Origin: Neocallimastix sp. 'constans'
Taxonomy: Eukaryota
Direction: 5' to 3'
Assembly (NCBI GenBank): GCA_050613775.1
Contig: JBODTK010000016.1
Span: 1,178,001 to 1,242,000 of the forward strand
DNA length: 64,000 nt
Part shown: positions 27,101 through 42,100 of the stretch, one piece after another
Layout: each line of letters opens with the position of its first letter
Numbering within the stretch: position 1 is the stretch's first letter
Notes under the pieces: model-generated
What the model was told of the DNA's origin: nothing
The model's input: only the letters and a program-made list of their open reading frames with translations
Database searches by the model: none
Program-made: the position numbers and the translations under genes

Positions 27101-30100
27101 GTTGTTAATGAAATCAAAGAAGAAGCAATTCCAGAACAACCAATTGAGGAACAACCAGTTGAAAAACAATCAATTGAAGAACAACCAGTTGAAGAACAAC
27201 AAATTGAAGAACAACCAATTGAAGAACAACCAGTTGTTGAAGAAGTTATTAGTGAAATCAAGGAAGAAGTTATTCCAGAACAACCAACTGGAGAACAACC
27301 AATTGTAGAACAACTTGATGAAGAACAACTTGATGAAGAACAACCAGTTGAAGAAAAACCAGTTGAAGAAAAATCAATTGAAGAACAACCAGTTGTTGAA
27401 GAAGTTGTTAGTGAAATCAAAGAAGAAGCACTTTCAGAACAACCAATTGAAGAACAACCAATTGAAGAACAAACAGTTGAAGAACAAACAGTTGAAGAAC
27501 AACTAGTTGTTGAAGAAATTGTTAGTGAAATTAAGGAAGAAGTTATTCCAGAACAACCAGTTTATGAACAACCAGTTGTTGAAGAAGTTAAAGAAAATAA
27601 TGTATCTAAACCAGAAAATAAAAAGAATGCTATATATAGGGTATTTAAGAAGTCTAATAAACGTAGAAACAGAAAGAACAAAAAAGGAGAATTAGTAAGT
27701 GAAAATTCTATTATTAGTGATGATTCCAAATCAGAAATTATTTCTGAAGAAGAAACTGAAAAGCTTGTAGAACAACCAGTTAATGAAGAAGTTTCTTCTG
27801 AACCAAAAGAAGAAGTTGTTAATGAAATCAAAGAAGAAGCAATTCCAGAACAACCAATTGAAGAACAACCAATTGAAGAACAACCAATTGAAAAACAATC
27901 AATTGAAGAACAACCAATTGAAGAACAACTAATTGAAGAACAACCAGTTGTTGAAGAAGTTGTTAGTGAAATTAAGGAAGAAGTTATTCCAGAACAACCA
28001 ACTGGAGAACAACCAATTGTAGAACAACTTGATGAAGAACAACCAGTTGAAGAAAAACCAATTGAAGAAAAATCAATTGAAGAACAACCAGTTGTTGAAG
28101 AAGTTATTAGTGAAATCAAGGAAGAAGTTATTCCAGAACGACCAATTGAAGAACAACCAATTGAAGAACAACCAGTTGTTGAAGAAGTTGTTAGTGAAAT
28201 TAAGGAAGAAGTTATTCCAGAACAACCAGTTTATGAACAACCAGTTGTTGAAGAAATAGTTAATGAAATTAAGGAAGAAGTTATTCCAGAACAATCAATT
28301 GAAGAACAATCAATTAAAGAACAATCAATTGAAGAACAACCAATTGAAGAACAACCAGTTGTTGAAGAAATAGTTAATGAAATTAAGGAAGAAGTTATTC
28401 CAGAACAATCAATTGAAGAACAACCAATTGAAGAACAACCAGTTGTTGAAGACGTTGTTAGTGAAATTAAGGAAGAAGTTATTCCAGAACAATCAACTGA
28501 GGAACAACCAGTTGTTGAAGAAGTTGTTAATGAAGTTAAGGAAGAAATAGTAGAAGTTCCTTCTTCTGAACTAGGTAAGAAGAAGTTTGTTAAGAGAATA
28601 ATTAAGTACATTACCAGAATTAACCCAGTTACTGGTGAAAAGGAAGTTGTTAAAGAACAACCAATTGAAGAACAAGTTAATGAAGTTAAGGAAGAAGTTG
28701 TTGAAGTTCCTTCTTCTGAACCAGGAAAGAAGAAGTACATTAAGAGAATTATTAGATACATTACCATAATCAATCCAATTACTGGTGAAAAGGAAGTTGT
28801 TGAAGAACCAGTTGAAGAAATTCCAGTTGAAGAAGTTTCTTCTGAACCAAAAGAAGAAGAGGTACTTGAAAACAAACAAATTGAGGAACAACAAGTTGAA
28901 GAAAAACCCGTTAAAGAAGTTAGGGAAGAAATAGTTGAAGTTCCTTCTGAACCAAAAGAAGAAGTTGATAAAGAACAACCAATCGAACAAACAGTTGTTG
29001 AAAATGTTGTTGAAGAACAACCAATTGTTGAAGAACAACCAATTGAACAGCCAGTTGTTGAAGTTGTTGAAGAAGTTGCTTCAGAACAATCAGTTGAAGA
29101 ACAACCAATTGAACAACCAGTTGTTGAAGAAAAGCCAGTTGAAGAAAAGCCAGTTGAAGAACAACCAATTGTTGAAGAGGCTTCTTCTGAAACAAAGGAA
29201 GAAGTTGTTGAAGAAAAACCAATTGAACAATCAATTGTTGAAGAAGTTGTTGAAAACGTTGTTGAAGAACAACCAAAGGAAGAAGTTAAGGAAGAAATTG
29301 TTGAAGTTCCAACTGAAGAACCAGGTAGAAAGAGATTCATTAAGAGAATTATTAAGTATATTACCAGAAAGAATCCAGTTACTGGTGAAGAAGAAGTTAT
29401 TGAAGAAGTTGCTTCAGAACAACCTGTTGAGGAACAACCAGTTGAAGAAGTTTCTTCTGAACCAAAAGAAGAAATTGCTTCAGAACAATCAATTGAAAAA
29501 CCAATAGTTGAAGAAGTTGTTGAAACTGTTATTGAAGAACAACCAAAGGAAGAAGTAAAGGAAGAAATTGTTGAAGTTCCAACTGAAGAACCAGGTAGAA
29601 AGAGATTCATTAAGAGAATTATTAAGTATATTACCAGAAAGAATCCAGTTACTGGTGAAGAAGAAGTTGTTGAAGAAGTTGCTTCAGAACAACATGTTGA
29701 GGAACAACCTGTTGAAGAAGTTTCTTCTGAACCAAAAGAAGAAATTGCTTCAGAACAACCAATTGAAAAACCAATAGTTGAAGAAATTGTTGAAACCGTT
29801 GTTGAAGAACAACCAAAGGAAGAAGTAAAGGAAGAAATTGTTGAAGTTCCAACTGAAGAACCAGGTAGAAAGAGATTCATTAAGAGAATTATTAAGTATA
29901 TTACCAGAAAGAATCCAGTTACAGGTGAAGAAGAAGTTGTTGAAGAAGTTGCTTCAGAACAACCCGTTGAAGAACAGCCAGTTGAACAACCAATAGTTGA
30001 AGAAGTTGTTGAAACTGTTGTTGAAGAACAACCAACAGAACAACCAGTTGAAGAAGTTTCTTCTGAACCAAAAGAAGAAATTACTGAAGAACAACCAATT

Positions 30101-33100
30101 AAACAACCAATAGTTGAAGAAGTTGTTGAAACCGTTGTTGAAGAACAATCAACTGAATTACCAGTTGAAAAAGTTTCTTCTGAACCAAAAGAAGAAATTG
30201 CTGAAGAACAACCAATTGAACAACCAGTTGAAGAAGTTTCTTCTGAACCAAAGGAAGAAATTATTGAAGAACAACCAATTGAACAACCAGTAGTTGAAGA
30301 AGTTGTTGCAACCGTTGTTGAAGAACAACCAACAGAACAACCAGTTGAAGAAGTTTCTTCTGAACCAAAGGAAGAAATTATTGAAGAACAACCAATTGAA
30401 CAACCGGTAGTTGAAGAAGTTGTTGCAACCGTTGTTGAAGAACAACCAGCTGAGCAACCAGATGAAGAAGTTTCTTCTGAACCAAAAGAAGAAATTGCTG
30501 AAGAACAACCAATTGAACAATCAGTAGTTGAAGAAGTTGTTGAAACCGTTGTTGAAGAACAATCAACTGAATTACCAGTTGAAAAAGTTTCTTCTGAACC
30601 AAAAGAAGAAATTGCTGAAGAACAACCAATTGAACAACCAGTAGTTGAAGAAGTTATTGAAACCGTTGTTGAAGAAAAACCAATTGAGCAACCGGAAGTT
30701 GAAGAAGTTGTTGAAACCGTTGTTGAAGAACAACCAACTGAGCAACAAGTAGTTGAAGAAGTTGTTGAAACCGTTGTTGAGGAACAACCAACTGAACAGC
30801 CAGTTGAAGAAGTTTCTTCTGAACCAAAGGAAGAAATTATTGAAGAACAACCAACTGAACAACCAGTTGAAGAAGTTTCTTCTGAACCAAAAGAAGAAAT
30901 TATTGAAGAACAACCAGTAGTTGAAGAAGTTGTTGCAACCGTTGTTGAAGAACAATCAGCTGAGCAACCAGATGAAGAAGTTTCTTCTGAACCAAAAGAA
31001 GAAATTGTTGAAGAACAACCAATTGAACAACCAGTAGTTGAAACCGTTGTTGAAGAACAACCAAAGGAAGAAGTAAAGGAAGAAATTGTTGAAGTTCCAA
31101 CTGAAGAACCAGGTAGAAAGAGATTCATTAAGAGAATTAATAAGTATATTACCATAAAGAATCCAGTTACTGGTGAAGAAGAGGTTGTTGAAGAAGTTGC
31201 TTCAGAACAACCAGTTGATGAAGAAGTTGTTGAAACCGTTGTTGAAGAACAACCGACTGAACAACCAGTTGAAGAAGTTTCCTCTGAACCAAAAGAAGAA
31301 ATTGCTGAAGAAAAACCAATTAAACAACCAGTAGTTGAAGAAGTTGTCGAAACCATTATTGAAGAACAACCGGAAATTTCCTCTGAACCAAAAGAAGAAA
31401 TTATTGAAGAACAACCAATTGAACAACCAGTAGTTGAAGAAGTTGTTGAAATCGTTGTAGAAGAACAACCAACTGAACAACCAGTTGAAGAAGTTTCTTC
31501 TGAACCAAAAGAAGAAATTGCTGAAGAACAACGAATTGAACAACCAGTAATTGAAGAAATTATTGAAACCGTTGTTGAAGAACAACCAAAGGAAGAAGTA
31601 AAGGAAGAAGTTCTTGAAGTTCCAACTGAAGAACCAGGTAGAAAGAGATTCATTAAGAGAATTATTAAGTATATTACCAGAAAGAATCCAGTTACTGGTG
31701 AAGAAGAAGTTGTTGAAGAAGTTGCTTCAGAACAACCAGTTGAGGAACAACCAGTTGAAGAAGTTTCTTCTGAACCAAAAGAAGAATTTACTGAAGAACA
31801 ACCAATTGAACAACCGGTTGTTGAAGAAGTTGTTGAAACCGTTGTTGAGGAACAAACAACTGAACAACCAGTTGAAGAAGTTTCTTCTGAACCAAAAGAA
31901 GAAATTGCTGAAGAACAACCAATTGAACAACCAGTTGTTGAAGAAGTTGTTGTAACCGTTGTTGAAGAACAACCAAAGGAAGAAATAAAGGAAGAAATTG
32001 TTGAAGTTCCAACTGAAGAACCAGGTAGAAAGAGATTTATTAAGAGAATTATTAAGTATATTACCAAAAAGAATCCAGTTACTGGTGAAGAAGAAGTTGT
32101 TGAAGAAGTTGCTTCAGAACAACCAGTTGAGGAACAACCAGTTGAAGAAGTTTCTTCTGAACCAAAAGAAGAATTTACTGAAGAACAACCAATTGAACCA
32201 CCGGTTGTTGAAGAAGATGTTGAAACCGTTGTTGAGGAACAAACAACTGAACAACCAGTTGAAGAAGTTTCTTCTGAACCAAAAGAAGAAATTGCTGAAG
32301 AACAACCAATTGAACAACCAGTTGTTGAAGAAGTTGTTGAAACTGTTATTGAAGAACAACCAAAGGAAGAAGTAAAGGAAGAAATTGTTGAAGTTCCAAC
32401 TGAAGAACCAGGTAGAAAGAGATTCATTAAGAGAATTATTAAGTATATTACCATAAAGAATCCAGTTACTGGTGAAGAAGAGGTTGTTGAAGAAGTTGCT
32501 TCAGAACAACCCGTTGAAGAACAACCAGTTGAACAACCAGTTGAACAACCAGTTGAACAATCTGTTGATGAAGAAGTTGTTGAAACTGTTGTTGAAGAAC
32601 AACCAACTGAAAAACCAGTTGAAGAAGTTTCTTCTGAACCAAAGGAAGAAATTATTGAAAAACAACCAATTGAACAACCAATAGTTGAAGAAGTTGTTGA
32701 AACCGTTGTTGAAGAACAACCAAAGGAAGAAGTAAAGGAAGAAATTGTTGAAGTTCCAACTGAAGAACCAGGTAGAAAGAGATTCATTAAGAGAATTATT
32801 AAGTATATTAACAGAAAGAATCCAGTTACTGGTGAAGAAGAAGTTGTTGAAGAAGTTGCTTCAGAACAACCCGTTGAAGAACAGCCAGTTGAACAACCAA
32901 TAGTTGAAGAAGTTGTTGAAACTGTTGTTGAAGAACAACCAACAGAACAACCAGTTGAAGAAGTTTCTTCTGAACCAAAAGAAGAATTTACTGAAGAACA
33001 ACCAATTGAACAACCGGTTGTCGAAGAAGTTGTTGAAACCGTTGTTGAGGAACAACCAACTGACCAACCAGTTGAAGAAGTTTCTTCTGAACCAAAAGAA

Positions 33101-36100
33101 GAAATTGCTGAAGAACAACCAATTGAACAACCAGTTGTTGAAGAAGTTGTTGAAACTGTTATTGAAGAACAACCAAAGGAAGAAGTAAAGGAAGAAATTG
33201 TTGAAGTTCCAACTGAAGAACCAGGTAGAAAGAGATTCATTAAGAGAATTATTAAGTATATTACCATAAAGAATCCAGTTACTGGTGAAGAAGAGGTTGT
33301 TGAAGAAGTTGCTTCAGAACAACCCGTTGAAGAACAACCAGTTGAACAACCAGTTGAACAACCAGTTGAACAATCTGTTGATGAAGAAGTTGTTGAAACT
33401 GTTGTTGAAGAACAACCAACTGAAAAACCAGTTGAAGAAGTTTCTTCTGAACCAAAGGAAGAAATTATTGAAAAACAACCAATTGAACAACCAATAGTTG
33501 AAGAAGTTGTTGAAACCGTTGTTGAAGAACAACCAAAGGAAGAAGTAAAGGAAGAAATTGTTGAAGTTCCAACTGAAGAACCAGGTAGAAAGAGATTCAT
33601 TAAGAGAATTATTAAGTATATTAACAGAAAGAATCCAGTTACTGGTGAAGAAGAAGTTGTTGAAGAAGTTGCTTCAGAACAACCCGTTGAAGAACAGCCA
33701 GTTGAACAACCAATAGTTGAAGAAGTTGTTGAAACTGTTGTTGAAGAACAACCAACAGAACAACCAGTTGAAGAAGTTTCTTCTGAACCAAAAGAAGAAT
33801 TTACTGAAGAACAACCAATTGAACAACCGGTTGTCGAAGAAGTTGTTGAAACCGTTGTTGAGGAACAACCAACTGACCAACCAGTTGAAGAAGTTTCTTC
33901 TGAACCAAAAGAAGAAATTGCTGAAGAACAACCAATTGAACAACCAGTTGTTGAAGAAGTTGTTGAAACTGTTATTGAAGAACAACCAAAGGAAGAAGTA
34001 AAGGAAGAAATTGTTGAAGTTCCAACTGAAGAACCAGGTAGAAAGAGATTCATTAAGAGAATTATTAAGTATATTACCATAAAGAATCCAGTTACTGGTG
34101 AAGAAGAGGTTGTTGAAGAAGTTGCTTCAGAACAACCCGTTGAAGAACAACCAGTTGAACAACCAGTTGAACAACCAGTTGAACAATCTGTTGATGAAGA
34201 AGTTGTTGAAACTGTTGTTGAAGAACAACCAACTGAAAAACCAGTTGAAGAAGTTTCTTCTGAACCAAAGGAAGAAATTATTGAAAAACAACCAATTGAA
34301 CAACCAATAGTTGAAGAAGTTGTTGAAACCGTTGTTGAAGAACAACCAAAGGAAGAAGTAAAGGAAGAAATTGTTGAAGTTCCAACTGAAGAACCAGGTA
34401 GAAAGAGATTCATTAAGAGAATTATTAAGTATATTAACAGAAAGAATCCAGTTACTGGTGAAGAAGAAGTTGTTGAAGAAGTTGCTTCAGAGCAACCCGT
34501 TGAAGAAATTTCCTCTGAACCAAAAGAAGAAATTGCTGAAGAACAACCAATTGAACAACAGGTTGTTGAGGAAGTTGTTGAAACCGTTGTTGAAGAACAA
34601 CCAACTGAACAACCAGTTGAAGAAATTTCTTCTGAACCAAAAAAAGAAATTATTGAAGAACAACCAGTAGTTGAAGAAGTTGTTGAAACCGTTGTTGAAG
34701 AACAACCAACTGAACAATCAGTTGTTGAAGAAGTTGTCGAAACCATTTTTGAAGAGCAACCAGAAATTTCCTCTGAACCAAAAGAAGAAATTGATGAAGA
34801 ACAACCAATTAAACAACCAGTTGTTGAAGAAGTAGTTGAAACTGTTGTTGAAGAGCAACCAGTTAAAGAACAACCAATTGTTGAAGAAGTTAAGGAAGAA
34901 ATTGTTGAAGTTCCAACTAAAGAACCAGGTAGAAAGAGATTTATAAAGAGAATTATTAAGTATATTACAAGAAAGAATCCAATTACTGGTGAAGAAGAAG
35001 TTGTTGAAGAAGTTGCTTCAGAACGACCAGTTGAAGAAAAACCAATTGAACAACCAGTTGTTGAAGAAGTTGTAGAAACCGTTGTTGAGGAACAACCAGA
35101 AGTTTCTTCTGAACCAAAAGAAGAAATTGTTGAAGAACAACTAATTGAACAACCTGTTGTTGAAGAAGTTGTTGAAGAACAATCAGTTGAAGAACAACCA
35201 CTTGAAGAACAACCAATTGTTGAAGAAGTTGTTGAAGAAGTTTCCTCTGAACCAGAAGAAGAAGCTATTGAAGAACAACCAACTGAACAACCAGTTGTTG
35301 AAGAAGTTGTCGAAACCATTGTTGAAGAACAACCGGAAATTTCCTCTGAACCAAAAGAAGAAATTGATGAAGAACAACCATTTGAACAACCAGTTATTGA
35401 AGAAGTAGTTGAAACTGTTGTTGAAGAGCAACCAGTTGAAGAACAACCAATTGTTGAAGAAGTTAAAGAAGAAATTATTGAAGTTCCAACTGAAGAACCA
35501 AGTAGAAAGAGTTTCATTAAAAGAATATTTAAATACATTACAAAAAAGAATCCAGTTACTGGTGAAGAAGAAGTTGTTGAAGAAATTGCTTCAGAACAAC
35601 CAGTTGAAGAACAACCAGTTGTTGAAGAAGTTGTTGAAGAACAATCAGTTGAAGAACAATCAGTTGAAGAACAACCAGTTGAAGAACAATCAATTATTGA
35701 AGAAATTGTTGAAGAACAACCGATTGAACAATCAGTTGTTAAAGAAGTTGTTGAAAATGTTGTTGAAGAACAAACAGTTGAAGAGCAACCAGTATTTGAA
35801 AAAGTTGATAAAGAACAACCAATTGAACAAACGGTCTTTGAAGAAGTTTCTTCTGAACCAAAGGAAGAAGTTCATGAAGAACCAGTTGTTGAAGAAGTAG
35901 TTGAAACTTTTATTGAGGAACAATCAGTTGAGGAACAACCAATTGAAGAAAACCCAGTTGAGGGTGAAAAGAAACCAGGCTTTTTAGATAAACTTGCACA
36001 AAAGATTACAGATTTAGTTGAACCAAAGGATAAAGTTGAAGAAAAGACAACTGAAGAAAAGCCAAATGAAGAAAAGCCAAATGAAGAAAAACCAATTGAA

Positions 36101-39100
36101 GAAAAACCAGTTGAAGAAGTTTCTTCAGAACAAAAGGAAGAAGTTGTTGAAGAACAACCAATTGAAGAACAACCAGTCACCTTAGAAGATAAACCAGTTG
36201 AAGAACCAGTTAGTGAAGTTAAGGAAGAAGTTGTTGAAGTTCCTTCTTCTGAACCAGGTAAGAAGAAGTTTATCAAGAGAATTATTAAGTATATTACAAG
36301 AATTAACCCAACTACTGGTGAAAAGGAAGTTGTTGAAGAACAACCAATTGAAGAACCAGTTAGTGAAGTTAAGGAAGAAGTTGTTGAAGTTCCTTCTTCT
36401 GAACCAGGTAAGAAGAAGTTTATCAAGAGAATTATTAAGTACATTACAAGAATTAACTCAACTACTGGTGAAAAGGAAGTTGTTGAAGAACCAGTTGAAG
36501 AAATTCCAATTGAAGAAGTTTCTTCTGAACCAAAAGAAGAAGTAGTTCTTGAAGACAAGCCAACTGAAGAAGAACCAGTTGAAGAACAACCAGTTGTTGA
36601 ACAGGTTACTAAAGTTGTTGAAGAACAATCAATTGAAGAAAAACCAACTGAAGAAAAGCCAGTCGAAAGTGAAAAGAAACCAGGCTTCTTAGATAAACTT
36701 GCACAAAAGATTACAGATTTAGTTGAACCAAAGGATGAAGTTGAAGAAAAACCAACTGAAGAAAAACCAACTGAAGAAAAACCAAATGAAGAAAAACCAA
36801 TTGAAGAAAAACCAGTTGAAGAAGTTTCTTCTGAACAAAAGGAAGAAGTTGTTGAAGAACAACCAATTGAAGAACAACCATTTAAGGAACAACCAATTGA
36901 AGAACAACCAGTCACCTTAGAAGATAAACCAGTTGAAGAACTAGTTAGTGAAGTTAAGGAAGAGATTGTTGAAGTTCCTTCTTCTGAACCAGGTAAAAAG
37001 AAGTTTATCAAGAGAATTATTAAGTACATTACAAGAATTAACCCAACTACTGGTGAGAAGGAAGTTGTTGAAGAACAACCAATTGAAGAACCAGTTAATG
37101 AAGTTAAGGAAGAAGTTGTTGAAGTTCCTTCTTCTGAACCAGGTAAAAAGAAGTTTATCAAGAGAATAATAAGATACATTACCATAATCAATCCAACCAC
37201 TGGTGAAAAGGAAGTTGTTGAAGAACCAGTTGAAGAAATTCCAATTGAAGAAGTTTCTTCTGAACCAAAAGAAGAAGTAGTTCTTGAAGACAAGCCAACT
37301 GAAGAAGAACCAGTTGAAGAACAACCAGTTGTTGAACAGGTTACTGAAGTTGTTGAAGAACAACCAATTGAAGAACAACCAATTGAAGAACAACCAATTG
37401 AAGAACAACCAGTCACCTTAGAAGATAAACCAGTTGAAGAACTAGTTAGTGAAGTTAAGGAAGAGATTGTTGAAGTTCCTTCTTCTGAACCAGGTAAAAA
37501 GAAGTTTATCAAGAGAATTATTAAGAACATTACAAGAATTAACCCAACTACTGGTGAGAAGGAAGTTGTTGAAGAACAACCAATTGAAGAACCAGTTAAT
37601 GAAGTTAAGGAAGAAGTTGTTGAAGTTCCTTCTTCTGAACCAGGTAAAAAGAAGTTTATCAAGAGAATAATAAGATACATTACCATAATCAATCCAACCA
37701 CTGGTGAAAAGGAAGTTGTTGAAGAACCAGTTGAAGAAATTCCAATTGAAGAAGTTTCTTCTGAACCAAAAGAAGAAGTAGTTCTTGAAGACAAGCCAAC
37801 TGAAGAAGAACCAGTTGAAGAACAACCAGTTGTTGAACAGATTACTGAAGTTGTTGAAGAGCAATTAATTGAAGAAAAACCAAATGAAGAAAAACCAGTC
37901 GAAAGTGAAAAGAAACCAGGCTTCTTAGATAAACTTGCTCAAAAGATTACAGATTTAGTTGAACCAAAGGATGAAGTTGAAGAAAAGCCAATTGAAGAAA
38001 AACCAATTGAAGAAGTTTCTTCAGAACAAAAGGAAGAAGTTATTGAAGAACAACCAATTGAAGAACAACCAGTCACCTTAGAAGATAAACAAGTTGAAGA
38101 ACCAGTTAGTGAAGTTAAAGAAGAAGTTGTTGAAGTTCCTTCTTCTGAACCAGGAAAGAAAAAGTTTATCAAGAGAATTATAAGATACATTACCAGAATT
38201 AACCCAACTACTGGTGAAAAGGAAGTTGTTGAAGAACCAGTTGAAGAAATTCCAATTGAAGAAGTTTCTTCTGAACCAAAAGAAAAAGTAGTTCTTGAAG
38301 GCAAGCCAACTGAAGAAGAACCAGTTGAAGAACAACCAGTTGTTGAACAGATTACTGAAGTTGTTGAAGAGCAATCAATTGAAGAAAAACCAACTGAAGA
38401 AAAACCAGTCGAAAGTAAAAAGAAACCAGGCTTCTTAGATAAACTTGCTCAAAAGATTACAGATTTAGTTGAACCAAAGGATGAAGTTGAAGAAAAGCCA
38501 ATTGAAGAAAAACCAGTTGAAGAAGTTTCCTCAGAACAAAAGGAAGAAGTTATTGAAGAACAACTAATTGAAGAACAACCAATTGAAGAACAACCAATTG
38601 AAGAACAACCAATTGAAGAACAACCAATTGAAGAACAACCAATTGAAGAACAACCAATTGAAGAACAACCAATTGAAGAACAACCAATTGAAGAACAACC
38701 AATTGAAGAACAACCAATTGAAGAACAACCAATTGAAGAAAAACCAATTGAAGAACAACCAATTGAAGAACAACCAGTCACCTTAGAAGATAAACCAGTT
38801 GAAGAACCAGTTAGTGAAGTTAAGGAAGAATTTGTTGAAGTTCCTTCTTCTGAACCAGGAAAGAAGAAGTTTATCAAGAGAATTATAAGATACATAACCA
38901 GAATCAATCCAAACACTGGTAGAAAGGAAGTTGTTGAAGAACCAGTTGAAGAAATTCCAATTGAAGAAGTTTCTTCTGAACCAAAAGAAAAAGTAGTTCT
39001 TGAAGGCAAGCCAACTGAAGAAGAACCAGTTGAAGAACAACCAGTTGTTGAACAGATTACTGAAGTTGTTGAAGAGCAATTAATTGAAGAAAAACCAACT

Positions 39101-42100
39101 GAAGAACAACCAATTGAAGAACAACCAATTGAAGAACAACCAGTCACCTTAAAAGATAAACCAGTTGAAGAACCGGTTGGTGAAGTTAAGGAAGAAGTTG
39201 TTGAAGTTCCTTCTTCTGAACCAGGTAAAAAGAAGTTTATCAAGAGAATTATTAAGTACATTACAAGAATTAACCCAACTACTGGTGAGAAGGAAGTTGT
39301 TGAAGAACAACCAATTGAAGAACCAGTTAGTGAAGTTAAGGAAGAAATTGTTGAAGTTCCTTCTTCTGAACCAGGTAAGAAGAAGTTTATCAAGAGAATT
39401 ATAAGATACATTACCATAATCAATCCAAACACTGGTGAAAAGGAAATTGTTGAAGAACCAGTTGAAGAAGTTCCAGTTGAAGAAGTTTCTTCTGAACCAA
39501 AGGAAGAAGTAGTTCTTGAAGACAAGCCAACTGAAGAAGAACCAGTTGAAGAACAACCAGTTGTTGAACAGGTTACTGAAGTTGTTGAAGAGCAATTAAT
39601 TGAAGAAAAACCAACTGAAGAAAAACCAGTCGAAAGTGAAAAGAAACCAGGCTTCTTAGATAAACTTGCACAAAAGATTACAGATTTAGTTGAACCAAAG
39701 GATGAAGTTGAAGAAAAGCCAATTGAAGAAAAACCAATTGAAGAAGTTTCTTCAGAACAAAAGGAAGAAGTTATTGAAAAACAACCAATTGAAGAACAAC
39801 CAATTGAAGAACAACTAATTGAAGAACAACCAATTGAAGAACAACCAGTCACCTTAGAAGATAAACAAGTTGAAGAACCAGTTAGTGAAGTTAAAGAAGA
39901 AGTTGTTGAAGTTCCTTCTTCTGAATCAGGAAAGAAAAAGTTTATCAAGAGAATTATAAGATACATTACCAGAATCAATCCAAACACTGGTAGAAAAGAA
40001 ATTGTTGAAGAACCAGTTGAAGAAATTCCAATTGAAGAAGTTTCTTCTGAACCAAAAGAAGAAGTAGTTCTTGAAGACAAGCCCACTGAAGAAGAACCAG
40101 TTGAAGAACAACCAGTTGTTGAACAGGTTATTGAAGTTGTTGAAGAGCAATCAATTGAAGAAAAACCAACTGAAGAAAAACCAGTCGAAAGTAAAAAGAA
40201 ACCAGGCTTAATAGATAAACTTGCTCAAAAGATTACAGATTTAGTTGAACCAAAGGATGAAGTTGAAGAAAAGCCAATTGAAGAAAAACCAGTTGAAGAA
40301 GTTTCTTCAGAACAAAAGGAAGAAGTTATTGAAGAAGAACCAATTGAAGAACAATCAATTGAAGAACAACCAATTGAAGAACAACCAATTGAAGAACAAC
40401 CAATTGAAGAACAACCAATTGAAGAACAACCAATTGAAGAACAACCAATTGAAGAAAAATCAATTGAAGAAAAATCAATTGAAGAACAACCAATTGAAGA
40501 ACAACCAGTCACCTTAGAAGATAAACCAGTTGAAGAACCAGTTAGTGAAGTTAAGGAAGTATTTGTTGAAGTTCCTTCTTCTGAACCAGGAAAGAAGAAG
40601 TTTATCAAGAGAATTATAAGATACATAACCAGAATCAATCCAAACACTGGTAGAAAGGAATTTGTTGAAGAACCAGTTGAAGAAATTCCAATTGAAGAAG
40701 TTTCTTCTGAACCAAAAGAAAAAGTAGTTCTTGAAGGCAAGCCAACTGAAGAAGAACCAGTTGAAGAACAACCAGTTGTTGAACAGATTACTGAAGTTGT
40801 TGAAGAGCAATCAATTGAAGAAAAACCAACTGAAGAAAAACCAGTCGAAAGTAAAAAGAAACCAGGCTTCTTAGATAAACTTGCTCAAAAGATTACAGAT
40901 TTAGTTGAACCAAAGGATGAAGTTGAAGAAAAGCCAACTGAGGAAAAACCAAATGAAGAAAAACCAATTGAAGAAAAACCAGTTGAAGAAGTTACTTCTG
41001 AACAAAAGGAAGAAGTTGTTGAAGAACAACCAATTGAAGAACAACCAATTGAAGAACAACCAATTGAAGAACAACCAATTGAAGAACAACCGGTCACCTT
41101 AGAAGATAAACCAGTTGAAGAACTAGTTAGTGAAGTTAAGGAAGAAGTTGTTGAAGTTCCTTCTTCTGAACCAGGTAAAAAGAAGTTTATCAAGAGAATT
41201 ATTAAGTACATTACAAGAATTAACCCAACTACTGGTGAGAAGGAAGTTGTTGAAGAACAACCAATTGAAGAACCAGTTAATGAAGTTAAGGAAGAAGTTG
41301 TTGAAGTTCCTTCTTCTGAACCAGGTAAAAAGAAGTTTATCAAGAGAATAATAAGATACATTACCATAATCAATCCAACCACTGGTGAAAAGGAAGTTGT
41401 TGAAGAACCAGTTGAAGAAATTCCAATTGAAGAAGTTTCTTCTGAACCAAAAGAAGAAGTAGTTCTTGAAGACAAGCCAACTGAAGAAGAACCAGTTGAA
41501 GAACAACCAGTTGTTGAACAGATTACTGAAGTTGTTGAAGAGCAATTAATTGAAGAAAAACCAAATGAAGAAAAACCAGTCGAAAGTGAAAAGAAACCAG
41601 GCTTCTTAGATAAACTTGCTCAAAAGATTACAGATTTAGTTGAACCAAAGGATGAAGTTGAAGAAAAGCCAATTGAAGAAAAACCAATTGAAGAAGTTTC
41701 TTCAGAACAAAAGGAAGAAGTTATTGAAGAACAACCAATTGAAGAACAACCAGTCACCTTAGAAGATAAACAAGTTGAAGAACCAGTTAGTGAAGTTAAA
41801 GAAGAAGTTGTTGAAGTTCCTTCTTCTGAACCAGGAAAGAAAAAGTTTATCAAGAGAATTATAAGATACATTACCAGAATTAACCCAACTACTGGTGAAA
41901 AGGAAGTTGTTGAAGAACCAGTTGAAGAAATTCCAATTGAAGAAGTTTCTTCTGAACCAAAAGAAAAAGTAGTTCTTGAAGGCAAGCCAACTGAAGAAGA
42001 ACCAGTTGAAGAACAACCAGTTGTTGAACAGATTACTGAAGTTGTTGAAGAGCAATCAATTGAAGAAAAACCAACTGAAGAAAAACCAGTCGAAAGTAAA

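Noticed and set aside
28231..35538. 2,435-aa antisense ORF and the many other Ser/Thr- or Phe/Asn-rich shadow ORFs inside the giant gene
   Set aside because: Expected by-product of the GAA/CAA/CCA/GTT/ATT codon repertoire, which rarely makes stops on the opposite strand. The translations simply mirror the sense repeats.
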